Shown here in pieces: positions 1-10,712 of a DNA stretch of 64,000 nt; position 1 is the first letter of the stretch; the number at the start of each line of letters is the position of its first letter. A program made the translations under genes and the position numbers. A model generated the notes under the pieces. That model searched no databases. It was not told the DNA's origin and was given only the letters and a program-made list of their open reading frames with translations. Origin of the DNA: Dicyema japonicum (Eukaryota > Animalia > Dicyemida); contig RDEW01000001.1 in the NCBI GenBank assembly GCA_011109175.1, positions 2,173,485 through 2,237,484 on the forward strand, written 5' to 3'.

Positions 1-760
1 CTTAAAACTTAGACAAAATTGAACACTCCACGATTAGATTGTTGGCAATCGACTAACGATTTCTGCAACCAAGTCTATCTGATCCACTTTCACGTCGGAC
101 CGTTGTTCCAAGGATGAACCGAGTCTTTTTATTGGTCCCACTAGGATTCCAGTGACAAATTCCCCCACTGTCCTTGGAGTCAAGTACGACAGCCTTCTCA
201 AATTCAACTCCCACGCAACAGATATGATTACCAGGGGCCTCCAGAAAGTTAACGTTTTACGCGCCCTTGTCCGGAGGACCACGAGAAACATGGACTTTTC
301 CGTTTCTACCTCTACCAACAAACAATGCGCCTGCCGTTGAGTATGCCTCCGTTGCATGGAGATTCGCGCTATCGGAGTCTATGGTCCAAAGAGTCAACTC
401 GATACACCAGAAAACAATCAGTATGCTTTCCCACGTAATGGATCAACAGTCGACCCACTACTCATGGAAGCTAAGATCTGTAGTCGTGGCTCCGGATTTC
501 TTCGCGTCTGTGAGGAAGATGGAAATCCGCTTCGCCTATCCTTCCATGGCAAGAGAAAACCGATTGGATAAGAAATTCCCCTCCCCGATCGGATTCCTCT
601 GCAAGACCGAGAGAAGGCTCTTCCGGAAAGTAGTGGGGACGATGGAATCACAGACGTCGAATGGCACAATTGATTGCGAGGACTGGGATCACCTAACTGA
701 CTCTTTTGTCTTTCTTTCTCGGTGTTCCCGGGGTTATTAAAAAAATAAATAAAAATTGGC
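1..760 (+). mobile_element. Ingi/Vingi-like LINE (family A), 3' part, truncated by window edge
   Basis: Frameshifted post-RT/thumb sequence (VLGVKYDSLLKFNSH...PAVEYASVAW...PSPIGFL). It ends in the 3' stem-loop CTGGGATCACC(683-693)...GGTGTTCCCGG(721-731) and an A/TAAA tail. A highly similar copy is at about 60030-60815. Confidence 0.85.
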
Positions 761-764
761 CTTG

Positions 765-1230
765 TGAATTTGTGCTAGTTCTCCTGTCAGAAGGTCGTAT
801 TTGTGTTGTTTTTCCACTTCAACATGTTTTAGCAAATCTTTGGAAGTGATCCCTACTTGTATTAGTATTTTTTTCGTTTTTGGATTTATCGTGTACGAAA
901 ATATCAGATTTGTTTTTTTAACTTGTATATCCGTTTGTAGTGTTATATCGACTCGTATTTCAACTTTACTGTTTATTCCAAATCGACGACATAGTTGTAT
1001 ACATCTTACAACTTCGTTATGTCGCCGCATATATGCACCGCTAAGCATCCTGGTACACCGTGTAGCCAGGTGATCCACACTTTTTTTTGGCCATTCCACA
1101 ATGACTGCAATTTGTTTTCATTGTCTTCAAAGAACAGATTTCGATCCTGTATCATGCAGTACATTGCTTCCAACCTTGGACTATTGTTTCCCCAGTTACC
1201 ATTCAATTGATTCATTGATATCGACATTCG
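765..1230 (-). mobile_element. R4/Dong-like RLE non-LTR retrotransposon fragment (zinc knuckle + restriction-like endonuclease)
   Basis: Translations GNNSPRLEAMYCMIQDRNLF and SVDHLATRC...YMRRHNEVVRCI...IQVGIT...EKQHKYDLL match the CCHC / RHN / PD..E..K layout of RLE elements. Confidence 0.7.
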
Positions 1231-3965
1231 TATTTTGTGTCGTCTGCACGTTGTGTCGTCTGTTGTCGTTGTGTTGCTAAAAGAAGAGAAAAAGAAGAGA
1301 ATAAGAAAGGAAAATCAGAAAAGAACATGCAGAAAACTGTAAAAGAAGATGAGATCTGCACAAAGTACAACATAATTAACAAAAGAAAGCGGATGATCCA
1401 TTGCACAGCATGTTCGTATGGCTTCCACATGTCCTGTGAATGACTAAAAGAGCCCTGGCTGTCATTTCCGATTGGCACTGTCGATCTTGTCTCCTACCAG
1501 ATAATACGACAAACTCTTCCCTACGCTACCCTTCTGAACATGTTCCACTAGACCATCAGGAAATACTTGAATTGATCTCCAACATGACACACACACGAAG
1601 ACTCCTGATTAGGATCCCAAAGCTGCCCGTATATCTGTCGCGGACTGCCTATGTGAGTGTATGGTATCCGTGCTGCGGTGAGGATCTTTGCAGATCAACA
1701 ATGTATAATTGAGCCGTCAGAACAGTCCTACGCATCACTTGTTGAGCGACACCCAAGTCTCCCCAACGACCACCGGGTTCCCCTTGCCCAGGACAATTAT
1801 CCAATACTTGTGATAAAAGATGGGATCCTCTCTTTCGTCCCGAGTAGCAGTGGAGGACTAGATGGGCTCCGTCCGGGTCACATCAAAGATCTCATTGCTC
1901 ATAACATGGGCAACTCTGGGGTCCGACTCGTGTTGGCTATCACCAAACTAATGAACAGGATGCTATCAGGGACACTACCAGAAACAATTCGACACGTAAT
2001 GTTCTCCGCAAAGTTAATCGCATTCGACAAGAAGGGAGGTGGAATACGCCCTATTGCAGTCGGACTAATCTTCCGTCGGTTGGCCTCAATGCTTGTATAG
2101 AGCAATCTTACCTACGCTGATAACACAGCTACAACCAACCCAAATAGGGGTCGGCACACTGGGGGGTTGTGAAGCGGCAGTTCATGCTGTCCGAACATTC
2201 ACCGAAAAGAATGAACATTCCTCACGTAATCGTCAAAATTGACATTAAAAATGCCTTCAACTCGATACGACGTGATACAATTCTGGAGGATTGCTTCACA
2301 TACTACCCATCAGTGTACAGTTATATTCATTGCTCGTACGGATAACCATCCAGTCTGGTACACGGCCAATATTACATTCTATCGTCTTCTGGAGTCCAAC
2401 AAGGAGACCCACTGGGGCCCGCCTTGTTCAGCCTGGGAATTGTCCGTATCACAGGATACTGCTCCACTCCTCTGAGAGTATGGTATTTGGATGATTGCAC
2501 CATGGGCGGCCATCCGAAGGATGTACTAGATTGTTTGAAAAGTCTGATAGTACAATTGGAATCCCTATGCCTAACTCTAAACACCAATAAGTGTGAAGTA
2601 ACCAATTTTGGATTTCCACAGTCTGAATTGGATCTGATCCTTGGTATGTTCAGAGATCATTCCGAAAGCCACAGAAACCAAATCAGAACAACTGGAAATA
2701 CTTGGATGCCCTCTTATTGATGCTGAAATCAGTAACACTTTAAGAACAAAAGAACATCAACAAAAAACAACATTCAGACGTTTTGAGATGCTGGACGCAC
2801 ACACCTTCCTATTTCTCCTGAAAAACGCCTTATCAGTACAGAAACTGAACTACGTTTTTCGGGGGGGGGCACCCTGCTACTTGAAAGTGCAACAGCTCGA
2901 TGCTATCGATTCCCTCTTCCGAAGTACTATTGAACGTATCACAAATGTGAAATTTGACGACCAAGGGTGGGACCAAGCGACCCTACCCGTTAGCCTGGGC
3001 GGACTGGGAATCCCTTCAACGAAAGATCTGGCTTGCCCTGCTTATCTATCCTCTTTGGGTTCCAGCCGACTGCTGGTCAGGATGATTCTCCAACTCCAAC
3101 AGAATCATCTGAAATCACAGAGATGGAGCATTTGAAGGGGATGATGCCTGAACAGAAAGATCGTTACAGGACCATCTGCGAGGATAAATATGAGAGGCTT
3201 CTGAACCAATCAAACCAACACAGACGTGCCTGTCTAGTCACTGGAAGATGCGAATCGAGTGGCGCATGGATCAATGCACTCCCAGTTGGCAGTGTCGGGA
3301 CCCACCTTGACGACGATACTGTCCGCATCGGCATCTCCACCAGACTTGGACTGGAGATTTGCCGGACCCACAAATGCCGATGTGGCGCAACCGTCGATTG
3401 TTATGGACTCCATGCCCTCTCTTGTCGAAGGAGTGCAGGACGATTCCCAAGACACAAGGCAATCGACGGAATTGTCAAGCGAGCCCTGGAGTCTGCGGGA
3501 TACCTAGCCATACTAGAACCTGTTGGTCTGGACAGAGTAGACGGAAAACGTCCCGACGGGATCACAATTTTCCCATTCGAAGAGGGAAAACCTTTGGTCT
3601 GGGACGCTACTTGTGTCGACACGCTTTGCCCGTCCAACATTGTCGGGAGCGCGGAAAAAAACGATGAGGGCAAAGGAGAAGAAATACGAAGCGCTACGCG
3701 ACCGATTCGCGTTTTATCCAATAGTGGTCGAGACAACTGGAGGAATAAGTGGAAAAGTTTCTTCCTAAAGAAACTTGGACGCTTAGCCACAATAAAAAGC
3801 CACGACGCACGTGAGACCCGATGGCTACTCCAGTTGATCTCTGTTGCAATCGTGAGAGGCAACGCAACGTCGATAATGTCGGCGGGGTCCACTTTGGATA
3901 AATGGCAGTTTTTAAATATGATTTACTGTAAATATGGTTTTCTGATTTAAAATTAAAATAAAATC
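1231..3965 (+). mobile_element. CRE-clade non-LTR retrotransposon, near full length, frameshifted (PHD-like finger, RT, RLE)
   Basis: Motifs across shifted frames: GGIRPIAVGLIFRRL, WYLDD, LNTNKCE, WDQATLPVSLGGLG, HKCRCG...HALSC...RH, DGKRPDG...VWDATCVDT, ISVAIVRGN. Confidence 0.85.
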
Positions 3966-3968
3966 GGG

Positions 3969-4300
3969 TTATTTAAAAAAAATTGAATGAAGCAATTTCT
4001 GATTAGTCTTCTCCAAATAATTCTTCTTTTGATATTCCTTTATAATGTCAGTGTTCAAGTTAGATAGGTCATCCACATTGTATTTGAGTGTAATAAATCT
4101 TGCGATAGTGGTCATATGTGATTCCTGCCCTTCGAAGACACATGGAAGATTCCTCTGCCTTCTTGCTCCAAGCTGATTATCCGAGATAAGATTGAAACCT
4201 TCAATATAATCCGTAAGTTTTAACACATTTTGTGACAAGTTTGTACAATATAGGTATGCACGTAATTGGTCATAAGTCATTCGGAGAACAGCCGTCTTTT
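3969..4300 (-). mobile_element. Upstream half of the R4-like element (RT remnant), split from 765-1230 by the CRE insertion
   Basis: ORF has ISDNQLGARR (RT motif) and ends KLLHS, the segment that normally precedes the WL..GN..PR.EA motif seen at about 1190. Confidence 0.55.
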
Positions 4301-4329
4301 TTTTCGGAATGAGGTACGTAATCCGAGTA

Positions 4330-4400
4330 TTATTATTATTACCCCCAGGATCACTGGGTCAAAGAGAAAGAAATAAAAGTTCTCATCTAACTATTCCACT
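4330..4400 (-). mobile_element. Isolated family A LINE 3' tail
   Basis: Near-identical to 56785-56860 (…GACCCAGTGATCCTGG(G/A)GGTAATAATAAT on the minus strand). Confidence 0.7.
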
Positions 4401-4469
4401 ACAATTAATCAAAAATCCTAATAATTTATTTTTTAAACTACAGTAATAATATTTTCAAGAATTATTAAA

Positions 4470-5070
4470 TCTAGTCAAAAGGGTGACTTTTTGCCCAACT
4501 GTAAATAAATCTGGAAATTTTATAAAAACTCATTGACTACTGAGTTTGCTTATTCGACATGCGTATATTAAATTATTAAACGTTTTCATATACTTAATTT
4601 GCTAAAGGGAATGTCAATCTGTAAAAACCAAAAAATCTTAAAACCCCATATGTGGAATATACAAATATCTTCTTTATGGCTGAGAACAGTGCATTTCACA
4701 ACCTTAAACAAAATTTTTTCCTTAGATAAGATTTATTCCCCCTATCCTTTCAAAATGTACTCAAACGGGTGGAAACTGACATTTCGCTAGAAGGAAGAAT
4801 CGTAAAACACAGATTGACGTTCTTTGGGAGTGTTGTCCGCTCTGATTCCCTAGAAAGAACCATTATGTCGAGCAATATTACTGGGAAGAGAAGACCTGGT
4901 CGACCGATGAATCGGTGGCTATTCACGGTAGAAGACGTCACGGGAATACCTATTTCAAGGCTACTCCAAATTGCGACGGATCGGGGAGAGTGGAGAAAAT
5001 TGGCTCATGAGATCTCCAAGGGTCGGATACGATTTAATTTGGATAACATAACATATCCTTTCAAGTGAAG
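4470..5070 (+). mobile_element. Decayed RTE-clade LINE fragment
   Basis: C-terminal RTE signature RLTFFGSVVR...ITGKRRPGRPMNRW...DRGEWRKL in ORF 4769-5068; degraded RT-like sequence upstream. Confidence 0.75.
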
Positions 5071-6539
5071 GAGACCGGAGTAAACTTAACTGTTAAATAC
5101 TTACGTTCCCAAAGATAGTCAAGGTGACCCGATGTGGAGAAAATTTGAGACCAGACAAGAGAGAAGACTGGCGTCACGAGTCCGTTTAAAAGCAAACTCG
5201 ATTGTCCAAATTGTTGCCTCAAAAGCGTGCCAAATAGGCTCGAATATTGTTAAGTATGGTTTTTTTGTTGTCTTTAATATTCGAAGGGACTTTCTTTAGT
5301 CATGATTTGTTTTGGAACGAGAATGAGAGGTGGGGGAAACCTGAAAATCCTGACTTTATTAAATTGTAAACAAATATACAATAGTCATGATACATCCCTA
5401 CCTAACCAATAAAATCGTCAATAGCAAAATTAAATAATAAAATACTAACCCAGCAACCAGAATTCACTAAGGTAGACAATAACAAAAAACGAGTCGCGAA
5501 AATTGTAATCATTTGTTATTCTTTTCCTTGGACTAAGCTGAAAACAGTGACTCAATGCATTACTCGAAAAAAAACTTGCAAAATTCGAATTCATCCAACC
5601 TAAATATGAAAGAAGCGACCTCAAGAATTAACTGACTTCTCTGGTTTAAGTTTCAAACTCATAAGCTGCTATCAATGTCTCCTCCGTGAAATCACCGATG
5701 GCATTGAAGGTGTGAGCGATATTGACGTAGCATTTAATTAAGTTAGGTCTTTAAGGTGCATCCTCACAGGCAGTATTTTTTCAACTCTAGAAACGTTTTC
5801 GTCAAAAATTTCCCACTACGATCAGAGAAAGTCGACCAGAAACAGTGTCAATGTTTCTGCGTGTTTCTTCAAAAAAACCAGGAAACTTATTTAAAAAAAA
5901 AAGTTTTTCATGGATAGGAATCCCGATCAATTTTGAAGAAAACTAACCTGAAGAAATTCGAAGGAGACACTTTTGAGAAATGATGGTATCACTGGCGACG
6001 ACTCAAGCAGAAATGCTGGAATTACTCGAAAACTGAGATCAACTTAATTAGTTGGTTTTTGACACATTTTTTATTGGTGGTCTTGAAGTTTATTAAATAA
6101 AACGATTCAATATCCTTCAAGTATCCTAATGTTTTGCTGTACCTAACACCGTTAATTTAATAACAACAAATATTTGTAATACTTAAAAAGATTATCGAAT
6201 CAGTTGACACACAGTATAAAATAATTGTTTTCCTGGCTTATAGTCGTCAGAAAGAGTTCATTTTAGGAAAATAGAATGAGAAGAATCACTTTTTTTTAAT
6301 TTTCAATATGGCGGAAAGAATTTATTGTATTACCTAAGCATAATGGTGAATAATTTATGTGATCATTTGGGAACCGGAAAATAGCAAAAAAAGCATTTTC
6401 TATTTTCGCATATAAAAAATAATAAATATTATGTCACTATAAAAATTATATATTATTGAATTTCGATCTTTGTAATAATTTTTTGTTACCGAAAAATTCC
6501 CTTTCACAGAGACAGACTGGAAGTAAAATTTCGAAAATT

Positions 6540-7022
6540 TACATACGGATAGTGAGAGATCTTTGTTTGAGTATATTCAAAATCCCTGTCATCTGAAGTT
6601 TTTTAGAAATATATTCATTAATCTGATTGAAATGATTTGTTGTGGTCCAAAAATACTTCCTCCGTTGAATAATCTTAACGTTCTCTTTTTGAATTAGTAT
6701 AACACCCAAAGTAATTAGCTGTAATAGCAACCTCTTCATACAATGTCGAGAGCAGAATCAATAGAACTTTTTCGATGATCTCAGAGTAGTGATAACGGGG
6801 CAATCCATGCAGCACAGGCGTACTCGATACTCGGTAGAACGAATTGTTTGTATATAAGTTCTAACGATGGGGGGAAGATATTGGCGAGTGAGTGAAAGCC
6901 TTGAGAATTCCAATTTTCTTTTGGATCCTCGCGGTACTAAGTCCACTTGGTACCTTAAAGAGAACGTTGCGAAAAAACCTTGGACCAAGTAGCAAGCGGG
7001 AAGATTCTAACTTAGGACCATT
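6540..7022 (-). mobile_element. Family A internally deleted copy: ~95-nt leader joined directly to the RT C-terminal region
   Basis: 6925-7022 is repeated at 10517-10612. It is followed on the minus strand by IQKKIGILKAFTHSPISS...IYKQFVLPSIEYACAAW. Confidence 0.65.
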
Positions 7023-7024
7023 AT

Positions 7025-7660
7025 TATTCTTACAACCCCGGGAACACAGGAAAGAGGAAAAAAGTTATCGTCTAATTAAGTGATCCCGGCGTCAGTGCGT
7101 CCTCCTTTATTTCGACTTTGCAATCTTTTATGATCATCCAAAAGGGGGAAGGTTTGATCTCAAATTTGCGAGCATACTTCTGGTAGGCAAGAAACTCATC
7201 TTCAAGAGGGCTACCAGAAGATCGCACCATTTTCAAAAATTTTTGTTGTTCGGTACCGAGATGTTCCATAACTTTTTTGAGATCTACTTTGTTCCTCATT
7301 TCTGACGTAGGCGTCATTCTGTCACATTTAAGAAGGATCCGGAGGCATTGGTTTTGTATGACCTCTAATTTGTTCTGCGTGGATATTGACAAGGGTGTAC
7401 ATGAATGTTCCATTGTCGGTAGAATATACTGTTTGTATAATTATTTGAGATGAGAAAGTGAAGATATTGGAGATCTAGCAAAGGTCTTGAGGATCCCCAT
7501 CTTTTTTTGAATTTTTGAAATTATTGTGTCCACATGATGTGTGAACGTCATCAACGGGTCATATGTAACTCCAAGGATTGATGGGTTCTTATTAACTGGG
7601 ATAAGCTCTCCATTCCAAGTTAATTTAGGATCGAAGGATGTATGTTCCCGTAGAAGGAGA
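7025..7660 (-). mobile_element. Family A LINE 3' fragment
   Basis: NPSILGVTYDPLMTFTHHV...; ORF 7072-7413 ends PGSLN*, overlapping the left arm of the 3' stem-loop; (TAA)n tail. Confidence 0.85.
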
Positions 7661-7664
7661 TAAT

Positions 7665-10310
7665 CGCAGTGCTCAACTTCCCAGAAGATTGACATTTGCC
7701 TTATCCAGGAGTCATAACTTTCTACAAAGAGTACAACCCCACTTTTTCCTGGATACATCTCTATCAGAAAAGACCGTATTGGACGTGGTGGCGGCTTACT
7801 TACCATTATTAAAAACGGTTTATCCTTCCACGATGTGAGCTCGCAAGTGGATGATTTAATTCTACAGACAGACCGCGGAACAAATTTTATTGATCTTATT
7901 AATGGGTCAGAACATCTTATTCTAATCAACATTTACATTCCACCGCCGGGATCCTGTCCTAAGAAGCTCGACAAACTACAAGAAATTCGAAATGTGTTAC
8001 TATGTGGGGATTTCAACGCCAAACATCCGCAATGGTTCAGTATCCAGTCGGCAGACAAGAGGGGAGTCTAATTATCGACTCTCTCGAAAAAATGGTGATT
8101 CTGAATACCCGAAATCTTCACAAGGACACCTATCCGAAGAAATGACAACCCAACCTCCCCGATATATCTATTGCTTCCTCTAGGATTGCCCCGAAGATTT
8201 CATGGAACGTCTCCTACGACTTTCATAGTGATCATAATCCGATTATATTAAAACTGAGCCGATTCAATAACTCACGTAGAATTAAACAACCTTCAAGGTC
8301 TACAAGACAGCTGACTGGTCGAATTTCAAGCTCTTCATTGACCATAACCTAATACATTTTGATCCCACCTCATTTTGCTCCATTGACAAAGCAGTAGGAT
8401 ATCTAGACCATGTATTACTTCTAGCTAAAAAGTTATTTGTCCCACGTGCATTTTGCAAATCCTACGGGACTACTCTGAACTCGGAGACTCGTCTCCTCGT
8501 CAAACAAAGAAACTCTGTGAAGATGAATCATCTGTAAACCTCTTCTGATTTGGAAAATGTAGAATGTTTAAATCATATAATTACAAAACATATCAGAGAA
8601 CAGATAGATAGGCCGTGGAACCGCCTATAATTATTTATTGGACATATGAAATCCACGAGTCTTTTATGGAAAACTATTCTTCGAATCAAGCTAAACTTAT
8701 CAGATGAATCATAATCTTTTTCTGCTCCAAATAAAGCTAACAACCTAATGAAATATTACGCATCCATAAATCACAAGGACTTCTCGAAATCCCATTCTTG
8801 TCACCGGAATTTAATGCATAATCCAACTTCGTGGTTCAATTTATTTACGCATACCTAGGTCACACTGCCTATAAGATTGATGAAGAGATCTTATACATGT
8901 GGTCCTGACGGCATTCCGCGAATTTTGCTAAAACACCATGGTAATGTTCCAGTCAATTCGATTACGTCAAATATTAATTTGTCTTCTAACATGAACGTCA
9001 TCCCATGCAAATGGAAGAACTCACTTATAATACCCCTCCTAAACTAGGAAAACCAAAAACCTTATTTTTTTCCTACCGTCCAATTACATTAACATGCGCA
9101 TTATCGCGCTTAACGGAGGAACTCGTACTCTGGAAAATTAAACACAATTTGCCCGACTGCACTTTCAACATAGTTTCTAATGTGAGCGTTCAACTACGAC
9201 ATATTTGATTTCACTGTCTCAATTTATATCAGAAAGATTCAACGAACCGAAACGCCATCTACGGACAATAGTGGTTCCCTGGATTTCCAGAAGGTGTTCG
9301 ATTCTGTCCGAGAACATTACTCACGAAAAATTTTTGACACCACCATTCAGCCTGCCTTGAAAAAATGGAAAGCCAATTTTCTCTCCGGAAGAAAAGGACG
9401 TGTCTGTATAGGCCACGCAAGATCGAGGTCCCGTACCAAATGGCGTCCCTCAAGGATCGCCCTCTCTCCGGCGTTATTCAAATTATTCTTAACGATGTAC
9501 CCTGCCCTGGAGGACCAAATTCAATGCTTCTCACTTATGCTGACGACCTAATCATCGCTAGCAGGAACAAATATGTGGGTATAGCAAAATCAGAGCTTTA
9601 GTCACATATTGACGACTGGGAGCCTAGTTAAATTTGAATCGTCTCTCCATATGCAGGATAAATCAACGTATACAATCTTCACCACGACAGAAAAGAAAAC
9701 ATACACTGGATTTGAACATTTATGGAGACTCCTTTACTATCAGATTCATCCAACTATCCTGGGAGTGACTTTGACTCTTTGATGACATTTTCTCAACATG
9801 TGAAAAACGTTATGACAAAGGTCTCAGGAAACTGAATATAATCAAACCGCTCTTAAAGTCCAGGCCGTCATGGGTTCAATCAACTTTTAAAACCGACGGT
9901 AGAGTATGCTTGTGCCTCATGGGCCTATGGAGCTTCAATATGCAATTCATACAAGATCAACTCCCTAAGGTAAACTTGTACGTCTAACAAATCTACCCCC
10001 GATCTTGTCTCCCCAATGCTTGACCACGCCGCAATCAAAAATACGGCTCCTGCTTTATCGGTCTGTGTGGAAGAAACAAGTCGTTTCTTCCATTTTAAAG
10101 GCCTCAAATACGCGAAATTTGGGGAAAAACCCACCCCTCTTCAAACTCTAATGAAAGATGATCGTCGTCTATTCAGGAACGCCATGGGTACTCTGGAGGA
10201 ACATAGGAAAAACTTCTCGATCCTGTTGAGGCTTACCGGGATCATTTAATTAGTTGGTTTACTCCTTCTTTCTTGGTGTTCCCTTTTCGGGGTTATTAAA
10301 TAAATAATGT
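7665..10310 (+). mobile_element. Family A LINE, near full-length but heavily decayed (APE + RT + 3' tail)
   Basis: APE remnants (CLIQES, RGGGLL, LINIYIPP, LLCGDFNAKHPQW, SDH), RT remnants (CGPDGIP, SYRPITL, LDFQKVFDSV, TYADDL, PTILGVT), and tail GGGATCATTTAATTAG...GGGGTTATTAAATAAATAA. Confidence 0.85.
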
Positions 10311-10329
10311 AATTTGAAAGGTCCACAAC

Positions 10330-10612
10330 ATTAATCTAATTATGGACAATGGTAAGTAAGCCTCCACCTCTTCCAAATTTTCGGTCTTTCCTGATCATGT
10401 TATATCCAGGAAACGTTGGAGTTGAATCTTCATGAATAAGCTTTGACTCTTGAATTAAAGCGATTCCACTGAGTTGGATTAAAAAAATCGTTAAGTTCAA
10501 TAATCTTTGTTCGAATTTTCGCGGTTACTAGGTCCACTTGGTACCTTAAAGAGAACGTTGCGAGAAACCTTGGAACAAATAGCAAGCAGGAAGATTCTAA
10601 CCTAGGACCATT
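10330..10612 (-). mobile_element. Family A 5' fragment: ~95-nt leader plus start of APE
   Basis: Leader shared with 6925-7022, then KIRTKIIELND...LIQESKL...FPGYNMIRKDRKFGRGGGLLTIV. Confidence 0.65.
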
Positions 10613-10712
10613 GTTACTGCTATGAAACCTAAAGTTATAAAAAATTATATAAAATAAATTAAAATAATTTAAAAATTATATAATAAATCAAAAATTTCTA
10701 TCTTGTCAACTA

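Noticed and set aside
1231-3965. CRE elements marking spliced-leader RNA genes, as in trypanosomes
   Set aside because: Flanks of the CRE copies in the window share no target sequence, and no SL or Sm-site-bearing repeat is visible.
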